28,328 bases of DNA from an uncultured Oscillospiraceae bacterium (GCA_900554775.1 USIK01000001.1:1-28328), one strand, 5' to 3'; counted from the first letter of the stretch, positions 11,737 through 19,890 are shown. The notes: generated from the sequence alone by a model not told the origin. Program-made: numbers and translations.

Positions 11737-12498
11737 GTGAGTGTTTTGAAGAAAAAACTTATAGTTGCCAACTGGAAGATGAACAAAAATATTTCTGAAA
11801 CTTTTGATTTTGCTGAAAGCCTGGATGAGAATTTTGCGAAAACTGAAGATGAAGTGGCCATTTGCCCGCCCTTTATTTCGATTTTAGCTCTTAAGCCCTT
11901 TGCTGAAAAATGTGGTTTTAGCATTGGTGCGCAAAATTGCTTTTGGGAAGAAAGCGGTGCATTCACGGGCGAAGTTTCAGCTCCGATGCTTAAAGATGCA
12001 GGGGTTAGATACGTCATTTTAGGCCACAGCGAAAGAAGAGAATACTTTTTTGAAACCGGCGAAATGATAAATAAAAAGATTTTGGCGGCTTTGAAAAATG
12101 GCCTTAGACCTATCGTTTGCGTTGGCGAAAGCTTGGAAACAAAAGAAAAAGGCCTGGCTGAAGAGTTTGTTAAATCGCAGCTTGAAGACTGCTTTGGAAA
12201 TATAAATAAAAACGAGATTAAGAATATTTCAGTTGCCTATGAGCCGATTTGGGCCATTGGAACGGGCAAGGTCGCCTCCCCTGCCGAGGCCTCGAAAATG
12301 TGCGGGTTTATCAGGAATTTTATTTCTGAAAAGTTCGGAAATGAAGCGGCTTTAGAGGTTAAAATTCTTTATGGCGGTTCGGTTAATGAGAAAAACGCAA
12401 AAGACTTTTTCGCCATGGAAAATATTGATGGTGGCTTGATTGGCGGGGCTTCGCTTGACGCTGAGAAATTTAAAAAGATAGTAAATTTTCGTTTGTAA
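11737..12498 (+). CDS. tpiA: Triosephosphate isomerase
   Basis: ANWKMN, GAFTGEVS, ILGHSERR, AYEPIWAIGTG, LYGGSV, GGASL. The true start may be TTG at 11746, which has better RBS spacing. Confidence 0.98.
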   Translation: MSVLKKKLIVANWKMNKNISETFDFAESLDENFAKTEDEVAICPPFISILALKPFAEKCGFSIGAQNCFWEESGAFTGEVSAPMLKDAGVRYVILGHSERREYFFETGEMINKKILAALKNGLRPIVCVGESLETKEKGLAEEFVKSQLEDCFGNINKNEIKNISVAYEPIWAIGTGKVASPAEASKMCGFIRNFISEKFGNEAALEVKILYGGSVNEKNAKDFFAMENIDGGLIGGASLDAEKFKKIVNFRL

Positions 12499-12510
12499 GG
12501 TGGAATCTTT

Positions 12511-13989
12511 ATGAGTTTTAAACCTGTTGTTCTTGCAATAATGGATGGCTTTGGGATGAGAAAAGAAACCGTTGGGAATGCTGTTTTTAGCGCGAAAACG
12601 CCTAATTTAGATAAGATTTTTTCTTCGTGCCCTTATACTGAACTGGAGGCTTCGGGGCTTTTCGTTGGGTTGCCTGAAGGCCAGATGGGAAATTCTGAAG
12701 TCGGGCATATGAACATTGGCGCAGGCAGGGTCGTTTACCAAGATTTGACATTTATTGACAAGTGCATTTCAGACGGGAGCTTTTTTAAAAACGAAAATCT
12801 CGCGGGAATTATGAGCGAGGTTTCAAAAAATGGTTCGAACCTTCATTTGATGGGTCTTGTTTCCGACGGCGGCGTTCACAGTAGCATTAATCATCTTTTT
12901 GCCCTTTTGAAAATGGCCCGCAAGCTTAAAATTAAAAACGTTTTCATTCATGCTTGGACCGACGGAAGAGACACCGGGGTTAAATCTGCGGGTTCATATA
13001 TTTCTGCTGTTGAAAACCTTGCAAAAGAGCTTGGCACGGGCGAAATTTAAACTATTTGCGGTAGATTTTACGCCATGGATAGAGACAAGCGCCTTGAAAG
13101 AACCACCCAGGCTTTCGAGGCTATGGCTAATGCTAAAGGAGCTAATTTTGAAAGCGCTCAAGATTACATAAAAGCTAGCTACGATGCGGGATTGACCGAT
13201 GAGTTTATTGTTCCTGCGGTGAAAAGCGGCTATGCGCCCATGAGCAAGAATGATGCGGTAATTTGCTTTAATTTCCGCACTGACAGGGCGCGGCAAATAA
13301 GCGAAATGTTTTTGAAAACGGGCATGGTTAAATATTTTGGCTTCACTAGGTATGAAGAGGGCGTGCCGTGTATTTTCAGCCCCAGGGAAGTTAAAAACAC
13401 GATCGGTGAGTATCTTTCGAAGAGCGGTCTTAAGCAGCTGAGAATCGCCGAAACGGAAAAATATGCGCATGTTACGTTCTTTTTGAATGCCGGGGCCGAG
13501 AAACCTTTTGAAAATGAAAGCAGAATGATTGTAAATTCGCCGAAGGTTAAAACCTATGATTTGGCGCCTGAAATGAGCGCTGAGGAAGTTACAACGTCGG
13601 TTTTGGAAGCAATAAATTCCGGGAAGTATGACGTTATTTTCATTAACTACGCCAACCCAGACATGGTTGGCCACACGGGTAATTTTGGCGCTGCTACTCA
13701 AGCTGTTGAAAAAGTTGACGAGTGCATCGGGAGGGTTTGTGAGCTTGTTAGAAAATCCGGCGGAGTGACTGTCATTACTGCCGATCACGGTAATGCCGAA
13801 AAAATGATAGGCGAAAATTGCGAAGTTTTCACCGCACACACGACGAGCAAAGTGCCCTTTGTGATTGACGGCTTTGACTGTAAATTGAAAAGTTCAGGTA
13901 GCCTTTGCGATATTGCTCCTACCCTGCTTGAAATTTTGAAAATAAAAAAGCCCGCCGAAATGACGGGCCAGAGCCTTATAGAAAATTAA
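12511..13989 (+). pseudogene. gpmI: 2,3-BPG-independent phosphoglycerate mutase interrupted by one in-frame TAA (13048-13050); recent pseudogene or sequence error
   Basis: ORFs 12511..13050 and 13075..13989 are in the same frame. Read through, the junction gives GTGEI*TICGRFYAMDRDKR. All iPGM motifs are present: DGFG, GQMGNSEVGH, DGGVHS, DGRD, AETEKYAHVT, NPDMVGH, TADHGN. Confidence 0.85.
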
Positions 13990-14537
13990 TCTTCAAGTTG
14001 TTTGCCGAGAAGCTGAGTGGTTATCTCGGCTAAATTTATTTTTGCGGCTTTTTCTGCATCGGTTAGGCTTGTTTTGCTGGTTTTTAAAACACAGACACTT
14101 CCGATTACGTCGCCTGCACAAATTATTGGAAATGCACATAAAGCCTCGTTTTCGAGACCTTCAACTGGCAAGAATTTTTCGGTTGGAGTTTTAAAAGAAG
14201 AGTAGTTTGTTCTGTCTTGCATTAAATCTTCGACGAAAGAGGTTATTCTTCTTTCTGAAAATTCTCGTTTTGGTGCGCCTGAAACAGCAACTATGTGGTC
14301 GCAATCGGATACTATTACCGGCATGTTGACTTTTCTAGCGAGAACATCGGCGTATCTTGCAGCAAACGGAGAAATTTCCTTTATGAAAGAATATTTTTTG
14401 AATATAATATTTCCTGTATTATCAGTGTAAATTTCCAGCGGGTCACCTTCTCTGATTCGAAGTGTTCTTCTTATCTCTTTTGGAATTACAATTCTGCCCA
14501 GGTCATCAATTCTTCTGACTATTCCTGTTGATTTCAA
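13986..14537 (-). CDS. spoVT: Stage V sporulation protein T (AbrB-type DNA-binding domain plus GAF-like domain)
   Basis: MKSTGIVRRIDDLGRIVIPKEIRRTLRIREGDPLEIY, 183 aa, C-terminal PIICAGDVIGSV...LGKQLE. TTG start after GAGGAGG. Confidence 0.93.
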   Translation of the reverse strand: MKSTGIVRRIDDLGRIVIPKEIRRTLRIREGDPLEIYTDNTGNIIFKKYSFIKEISPFAARYADVLARKVNMPVIVSDCDHIVAVSGAPKREFSERRITSFVEDLMQDRTNYSSFKTPTEKFLPVEGLENEALCAFPIICAGDVIGSVCVLKTSKTSLTDAEKAAKINLAEITTQLLGKQLED

Positions 14538-14663
14538 ATTTGTTCCCTCCTCTTATAATTTTAACATAACTATATTGTTGTATATTTCTTGAGGATTATT
14601 CATATTATATAGTTTACATGAGAAAATTATTTGAGTAAATGTAATTTAGAGGAAAGGAATTGA

Positions 14664-14692
14664 TTGATACTGATTTAGTTTTGTAGTATAAT
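14664..14692 (+). promoter_or_regulatory. Sigma-A promoter for the ferredoxin gene
   Basis: TTGATA-N17-TATAAT, with AGGAGG RBS at 14712-14717. Confidence 0.75.
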
Positions 14693-14726
14693 ACTTTTCA
14701 AATTAAATTTTAGGAGGAATTAACGC

Positions 14727-14915
14727 ATGAAAGTTTGCGTAAACCAAGAAAGCTGCATTGGCTGCGGAATGTGCATTGACATTTGCCCGGAAGCTTTTAA
14801 GTATAACAGCGAGGATAAATCCGAGGCTATTTCGGAATCTGTTGAAGCTGGCCTTGAAGACAAAGTTTTGGAAGCAAGAGACGTTTGCCCTGTTGATGCT
14901 ATTGAAGCTGAATAA
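14727..14915 (+). CDS. Single-cluster [4Fe-4S] ferredoxin
   Basis: 62 aa, acidic. CIGCGMCIDICP and a distal CPVDAI. Confidence 0.93.
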   Translation: MKVCVNQESCIGCGMCIDICPEAFKYNSEDKSEAISESVEAGLEDKVLEARDVCPVDAIEAE

Positions 14916-14920
14916 TCAAA

Positions 14921-14947
14921 CCTGCACTTTGGTGCAGGCATTTTTTT
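14921..14947 (+). terminator. Intrinsic terminator after ferredoxin
   Basis: CCTGCAC-TTTG-GTGCAGG followed by CA and T7. Confidence 0.8.
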
Positions 14948-15018
14948 GTTTAATCTTGCATTTTTGCGGCGCTTGGCAAATATAATTGATTTTAGACGCA
15001 TTATGTGAGGTGTGATTT

Positions 15019-16035
15019 TTGTTTGTACTTAGGCTTAAAAGAAGATATTTGCTTTTCGGTTTGGCTTTTTTAACTATTTTTGGAGCGGGGGCTTTCGTTC
15101 TAGGCAGTGGCGGGTTTTCAGTGCGCGCTGAAGAAAACAAAAAATTCATAAAATACGTTGAGTTTAATCCGACGCATGAAGCGCTAGAAAAGGCAATGCA
15201 TGAGGATATAAAATCTCATAGCGAAGAGATTAAACTAAATTGGATTGAAATCCTTGCTTACTTAGGTTCGAAATACGGCGGGGACTTCAAAAAATATAAA
15301 TCATCTGACATGGATGATGTGGTTAAAAGGCTTAAAAATGGCGAAAAAATGAACGAAATAACAAAAGCAATGAAAACGTATGGATATTATTTCGAAGCCT
15401 ATGAGGCTGTTTTAAAGGGCTTCTTGGGCGATTACAAAGTTCAAAAGAAACCAAAAAACAGCGAAGAACCCGTTTGGGAGGAAGCCTACGGCCTTAAATG
15501 CTTCTCGCCAATTGCCAAAACCTTCCCTTTTTCGCACTATGATGACTTTGGTGCCTCACGGTCTTATGGATACGCAAGGCCGCACCTTGGTCATGACATG
15601 ATGTGCGCCATAGGCACTCCGGTCATTGCGGTTGAATCCGGTAGGGTTGAAATCATGGGCTGGAACCAATACGGCGGGTGGAGAATTGGCATAAGAAGCT
15701 TTGATAATAGAAGATATTATTATTATGCGCACTTGAGGCAAAACAGGCCTTTTAAATCGAATTTAAAAGAAGGCGACATCGTTAAAGCCGGGGACGTGAT
15801 AGGCTATGTTGGCAGGACGGGTTACAGCAAGAAAGAGAATGTTAACAACATTGAGCAAAGCCACCTCCACATTGGCCTTGAGCTCGTTTTTGATGAATCT
15901 CAAAAAGAATCCGACCATGAAATTTGGGTGGACCTTTATGCACTAATGCAGCTTTTGGAGAAAAATAAATCAAGCGTTGTGAGAAACTCGGAAACTAAAG
16001 AATATTCGCGCGAATTTGATTGGGAAGAAAAATGA
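15019..16035 (+). CDS. M23-family zinc metallopeptidase (exported or membrane-anchored)
   Basis: N-terminal basic plus hydrophobic segment. M23 motifs HLGHD (HxxxD), YYYYAHL, GDVIGYVGRTG, HLH. Confidence 0.9.
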   Translation: MFVLRLKRRYLLFGLAFLTIFGAGAFVLGSGGFSVRAEENKKFIKYVEFNPTHEALEKAMHEDIKSHSEEIKLNWIEILAYLGSKYGGDFKKYKSSDMDDVVKRLKNGEKMNEITKAMKTYGYYFEAYEAVLKGFLGDYKVQKKPKNSEEPVWEEAYGLKCFSPIAKTFPFSHYDDFGASRSYGYARPHLGHDMMCAIGTPVIAVESGRVEIMGWNQYGGWRIGIRSFDNRRYYYYAHLRQNRPFKSNLKEGDIVKAGDVIGYVGRTGYSKKENVNNIEQSHLHIGLELVFDESQKESDHEIWVDLYALMQLLEKNKSSVVRNSETKEYSREFDWEEK

Positions 16036-16053
16036 ATTAAACAGTGAAAATCA

Positions 16054-16083
16054 GGCTTTGGTTTAAAAACCAAGGCCATTTTT
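16054..16083 (+). terminator. Intrinsic terminator after the M23 peptidase
   Basis: GGCTTTGGTTT...AAACCAAGGCC hairpin followed by ATTTTT. Confidence 0.65.
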
Positions 16084-16133
16084 CGGTTTCTGACAAATTT
16101 TTAAAAAAAAATTAAATACAGTTTACAAATGGG

Positions 16134-16162
16134 TTGACAAACGTAAAATTCAGCGTTAAAAT
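16134..16162 (+). promoter_or_regulatory. Sigma-A promoter for the F-box-like/LRR gene pair
   Basis: TTGACA-N17-TAAAAT, with AAGGAG RBS before GTG 16199. Confidence 0.75.
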
Positions 16163-16198
16163 ATATAGTATACAATGTAAAAAGTAAGGAGTGTTTAA

Positions 16199-16969
16199 GT
16201 GAAAGAGTTTATTAAAAAGTCTGCAGCAGTAGCTTTTTCGGTGGTTGAAATTCTTTTTGCAGTGCCGTCAGCATTTTGCTCAACTAACAAAGAACCTTCG
16301 GATTATAGCTCAATGGGCAAATCTTGCAAGAAAAATGAAAGAGGTCACCTTGACCGTTTCAACATTATGGTTGCTTCAAAATATTTTGAAAGACCTGAAG
16401 ATCTTGCAAATCTTTCAATGGTTAATAAAAAATATAAAGAAGTTCATGAAATGTTCAAATACAGCCCAGTTAAACCTTTCGATAGGAAAGTTACGCCTAA
16501 TGTGGTAACCCGCCATGTTGAATGCGACAAGGGCGACGAGCCTCTAGTGTTCCCTGAAGCTGAGGGAAGAAATGAAGAATTGAGTTCTGATTTACTGGCT
16601 TGCCCATTTGAGGTCGTTGATAAAGAGATCGAAAAAATAGTTTATTTGCCAGGAAGTTTCACCTGGGAAGATGCAAACAAAGTTTTGAGGCTTAACTTTG
16701 CTAGCAAAGGAGAAAAATGGAGTTTTGAAGCAGAATTTGCTAAAGAAAATGATGCTTTTTCTGGCGTAAATTATGTGTGCACTTCACCATCGGGCAAACA
16801 AATAGTATTTCAGTTTCGCCCAAAAAGGCCTGAAGTGACTATAACTTCTGAAGGCAAAAAAAGGGTTGATTACGGTAATTTTAGTGACATGACGAAATAC
16901 AATAGTTTTTTAAAGCGTTTTGGTATAATAGACAGTAAGTTTTGGGTATTACCTTTTAGAAAGTTTTAA
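16199..16969 (+). CDS. Putative secreted protein with an F-box-like N-terminal module; paralog of the N-terminus of the downstream LRR protein
   Basis: Signal-peptide-like MKEFIKKSAAVAFSVVEILFAVPSAFC. Motif LDRFNIMVASKYFERPEDLANLSMVNKKY...SPV. Shares IxYxPGSF, TSP..K.I.F.F.P and KYN motifs with ORF 17080. Confidence 0.75.
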   Translation: MKEFIKKSAAVAFSVVEILFAVPSAFCSTNKEPSDYSSMGKSCKKNERGHLDRFNIMVASKYFERPEDLANLSMVNKKYKEVHEMFKYSPVKPFDRKVTPNVVTRHVECDKGDEPLVFPEAEGRNEELSSDLLACPFEVVDKEIEKIVYLPGSFTWEDANKVLRLNFASKGEKWSFEAEFAKENDAFSGVNYVCTSPSGKQIVFQFRPKRPEVTITSEGKKRVDYGNFSDMTKYNSFLKRFGIIDSKFWVLPFRKF

Positions 16970-16999
16970 TTTAAACCTTAGCATGAAATAATGAGTAGT

Positions 17000-17035
17000 C
17001 CTCCGGTTGGTTTGAAGCCGGAGGTGGATTTTTTT
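17000..17035 (+). terminator. Hairpin/terminator between the two paralogs
   Basis: CCTCCGGTT-N7-AGCCGGAGG followed by TGGA and T7. Confidence 0.6.
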
Positions 17036-17079
17036 CGTGCTTTTTGATTTTAATAAATGAAAATGGAGGAGATTTTTTA

Positions 17080-18945
17080 ATGAAAAAGGTTATAAAAAAA
17101 GCAGCTGTAATGGTTTTTTCAGCTATGGGAGCACTTTTAGCAGTTCCCGCAGCTTTTGGTTCGTCAACCGAACCTGCAAACCTAAATTTGCAAAGAAGGG
17201 ACGTTAACCCTGTAAGGGATGGGAGAAGAATTGATATAGCTAATATGATGGTTGTAGGAAAGTATTTTAGTAATCCTAAAGACCTTATTAATTTATCAAG
17301 TGTTGCTAAAAAATTTAGGCCTATTACAGATAGATATTATTATAACCCTGTGAGATACAACCCTAAAATGTTCCCTAATATACAAACTTTACATGTTTAC
17401 CCCCATAGCGAGAAGTTCCCTTTGACATTCCCTGATCAAGAAATTAAAACAATAATTTATTTTCCAGGGTCCTTCAACACGGTTAGATTTAAACAAGTTT
17501 TATCAGCAAATAATATTATCGAAGAAAATTGGCTACATGAAATAACAATGAATGGTGAAAACCCCGCTCTGGGTTTAACACTTTCTTATACTTCACCAAG
17601 AAATGAAAAAATAATATTCAAATTTGCCCCTATTCCATGTGAATCACTCGACTTAACTATTAAAAAATATAACGACCTTATAAGTTCATGTGGATTAATT
17701 TTCCCGCCTAATATGCCTAATTCTATAAGTAAAAAAGATTATAGAGCATTAAAAAGCTTTTGTTTCCCTGAAATTTTGGAAAGTATAAACGATGGTGCCT
17801 TCTCTGGTTGCACTGGTTTAGAGAGCGTTACGATCCCTCCTACTGTTCAAGATATAGGAGAGTTTGCTTTTCAAAGTTGTCATGTTTTAAAGAATGTTAA
17901 CTTTACTAATCCTTCTTTATCAATGATAGGAACATGCTCTTTTCAAAATTGCCGTTCTTTAGAAAAAATTAATATTCCTGATACTGTTTCTGAAATTGGA
18001 GCGGGTGCCTTCGAGGATTGCCGGAGGTTAAATAATGTGGTTATTCCTAATTCTGTTAAAAAAATAAAAGACATCACTTTTCGTGATTGCCATTCTTTAA
18101 CTAATGTTACTATTCCAGATTCTGTGAAAACCATAGGAATACAAGCTTTTGCAGAATGCAGATCATTAGAAAAAATTAATATTCCTAATTCAGTTTCTGA
18201 AATTGGGTATGGTGCCTTCGGGAACTGCCATAGGTTAAATAATGTGGTTATTCCTAATACTGTTAAAGAGATAAAAAGCCTTACTTTTTGTGATTGCAAT
18301 TCTTTAACTAATGTTACTATTCCTGATTCTGTAGAAATCATAGGAACACAAGCTTTTGCAAGATGCAAATTATTAGCAAACGTTGTAATTCCTGATTCTG
18401 TTAAAATTTTAGGTATGGCTGCATTTTGCAGGTGCCCTGCTTTGGAAAATATTATAATACCTAAGTCGGTTGAAGAAATAGGAGGATCTGCTTTTACATC
18501 ATGCAAAAATTTGAAAAATGTTACAATTAATGGTAATGAAGTTAGATATATAGGTCCGAGGACTTTTGAATCGTGCGTTAATTTGAGAAATATTAATATT
18601 CCAGATTCCGTTGAAAGTATCGGAGAAAATGCTTTTAAAGGATGTAAATTTTTAAGTAAAATTGTTCTTCCGAGGTCTCTTAGAGTTATAGAAAACTATG
18701 TTTTCAGTGATTGCGTTCGTTTAAGAGAGGTTGTTATCCCTGATTCTGTTGTAGAAATAAAAACTGACACTTTCGAAAATTGCAAAAGGCTAGAAAGAAT
18801 TAATATTCCTACTTCTGTTCAAAACATAGGCGAAGGTGCTTTCCACGGTTGCGATAATAAGAAGCTTGTTATAGAATTTAATGGCGAAGAATATAGAAGT
18901 GTAAAAAGCTTTATGGATGCTTTTAACAGCTTCAGAGCCAAATAA
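17080..18945 (+). CDS. Secreted BspA/TpLRR-type leucine-rich repeat protein with an F-box-like N-terminal module
   Basis: Start placed at ATG 17080 (GGAGG RBS). Signal peptide MKKVIKKAAVMVFSAMGALLAVPAAFG. Sixteen ~23-aa repeats of the type LxxIxIPxSVxxIGxxAFxxC. No LPXTG, SLH or C-terminal TM anchor is visible. Confidence 0.9.
   Translation: MKKVIKKAAVMVFSAMGALLAVPAAFGSSTEPANLNLQRRDVNPVRDGRRIDIANMMVVGKYFSNPKDLINLSSVAKKFRPITDRYYYNPVRYNPKMFPNIQTLHVYPHSEKFPLTFPDQEIKTIIYFPGSFNTVRFKQVLSANNIIEENWLHEITMNGENPALGLTLSYTSPRNEKIIFKFAPIPCESLDLTIKKYNDLISSCGLIFPPNMPNSISKKDYRALKSFCFPEILESINDGAFSGCTGLESVTIPPTVQDIGEFAFQSCHVLKNVNFTNPSLSMIGTCSFQNCRSLEKINIPDTVSEIGAGAFEDCRRLNNVVIPNSVKKIKDITFRDCHSLTNVTIPDSVKTIGIQAFAECRSLEKINIPNSVSEIGYGAFGNCHRLNNVVIPNTVKEIKSLTFCDCNSLTNVTIPDSVEIIGTQAFARCKLLANVVIPDSVKILGMAAFCRCPALENIIIPKSVEEIGGSAFTSCKNLKNVTINGNEVRYIGPRTFESCVNLRNINIPDSVESIGENAFKGCKFLSKIVLPRSLRVIENYVFSDCVRLREVVIPDSVVEIKTDTFENCKRLERINIPTSVQNIGEGAFHGCDNKKLVIEFNGEEYRSVKSFMDAFNSFRAK
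17959..18362 (+). repeat. 207-bp tandem duplication (three LRR units) inside the LRR gene
   Basis: TTAGAAAAAATTAATATTCCT begins at 17959 and again at 18166. The protein copies are LEKINIPDTVSEIGAGAF...GIQAFA and LEKINIPNSVSEIGYGAF...GTQAFA. Confidence 0.85.
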
Positions 18946-18957
18946 TTTAAAATCAAA

Positions 18958-19002
18958 ATTAAAAAATAAATAACCCTCCGGTTTATTCCGGAGGATTTTT
19001 TT
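18958..19002. terminator. Probable bidirectional terminator between the LRR gene and the peptide array
   Basis: CCTCCGG-TTTATT-CCGGAGG (18975-18994), with a T-run on the right and an A-rich run on the left, between convergent stop codons. Confidence 0.75.
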
Positions 19003-19492
19003 AACTCGTTTTTTTAGTAGTAGTTGTGGTTGTTGTAGTCGTTGTTGTGGTGGTAGTAGTTTTTTGGTCTTTCAAGCTGCCGCCGTTTTTAATCCAGTTG
19101 ATGCCTTTTTTGGCTTCATCGTAAATTACTTTTCCGGCAATTCCTGTAGCAATCAAAGCCACAGCCATTGAGCTGTAGACAGCTGCTGCGCCAAAATCTG
19201 TGGTGTTGCTGCTAGCGCCTGAAAAGCTTTGTGAAACGTTATTAAAAGCAGCTTTTCCACCGCTTATTAAAGTTCCGCCGGAAATTTCTTCTAAGTCATC
19301 GTCAGAAAGTTCGGTTGTGTTTTTGTCAACCATTTTATTTATTATTTGAGAAATTATGTCAATCTCTTCCAAAGAAAGTTCGATGCCTTTTTCTGCAAAA
19401 GCTTCTTTAACTTCTTCGGTCGTTTGCATGTCAAGAATTTCGTTTACAAAATCTTCATCTCTCATAACTTCCATGAGTTGATGTTTATCCAT
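19001..19492 (-). CDS. Nif11-like double-glycine leader peptide precursor F (90-aa core with a poly-Thr tail)
   Basis: 73-aa acidic leader ending ELSDDDLEEISGG. Core has a hydrophobic segment and 15 consecutive Thr. AGGAGG RBS. Confidence 0.8.
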   Translation of the reverse strand: MDKHQLMEVMRDEDFVNEILDMQTTEEVKEAFAEKGIELSLEEIDIISQIINKMVDKNTTELSDDDLEEISGGTLISGGKAAFNNVSQSFSGASSNTTDFGAAAVYSSMAVALIATGIAGKVIYDEAKKGINWIKNGGSLKDQKTTTTTTTTTTTTTTTKKTS

Positions 19493-19503
19493 TTAAAATC
19501 CTC

Positions 19504-19890
19504 CTACTTCTTTATTTTTCTTATTATTGCGTCTAGTATCTTTCCGCTTGCGCTGAAAAATAAATTCTTTGCACCTGAAAAAGTTGCATAGGCAAACATT
19601 CCCATTGCAACACCTGCAGCTATTACCGTCATTTTTTCGATTCTTGGGTCTCTTTCTTGATCACCGAGCACTCCTCCGGTGATTTTCTTTAAATCTTCTT
19701 CAGAAAGTTCGCCTGATTCGCTTTCAGCGATTTTTTTAATCGTGGAAATTACTACTTCTGATTCTTCCAAAGAAAGGTCAATTCCTTTGGCTTTAAAAGC
19801 CTTTTTAATTTCCTCGGGTGATTGTGTGTCCATTAAGCTCTCGGTGAATTTTATGTCTTTCATTGCTTCTGAAATTTCTTCTTTTTTCAT
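19504..19890 (-). CDS. Nif11-like double-glycine leader peptide precursor E (55-aa core)
   Basis: Leader ...SPEEIKKAFKAKGIDLSLEE...ELSEEDLKKITGG. Hydrophobic core with cationic end IIRKIKK. Confidence 0.8.
   Translation of the reverse strand: MKKEEISEAMKDIKFTESLMDTQSPEEIKKAFKAKGIDLSLEESEVVISTIKKIAESESGELSEEDLKKITGGVLGDQERDPRIEKMTVIAAGVAMGMFAYATFSGAKNLFFSASGKILDAIIRKIKK

Noticed and set aside
11415..12017. 200-aa minus-strand ORF spanning gyrA/tpiA
   Set aside because: Overlaps two well-supported plus-strand genes and a terminator, with no motif.
13048..13050. TAA reassignment or programmed read-through in gpmI
   Set aside because: TAA terminates many genes in this window at their expected ends (dnaN, recF, gyrB, gyrA, tpiA, polC), so the code is standard. 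It is not a TGA or TAG recoding context.
12994..13839. 281-aa minus-strand ORF
   Set aside because: Entirely antisense to gpmI, with no recognisable motif.
14538..14640. Sigma-G promoter upstream of spoVT
   Set aside because: A GAATA...CAATATA pair exists but with 19-bp spacing in very AT-rich DNA, which is too weak to call.
16199..16280. Lipoprotein signal in ORF 16199 (…PSAFC)
   Set aside because: S-A-F-C does not fit the [LVI][ASTVI][GAS]C lipobox, and the paralog has Gly at this position.
17943..18506. 187-aa repetitive minus-strand ORF
   Set aside because: Antisense shadow of the LRR repeats.
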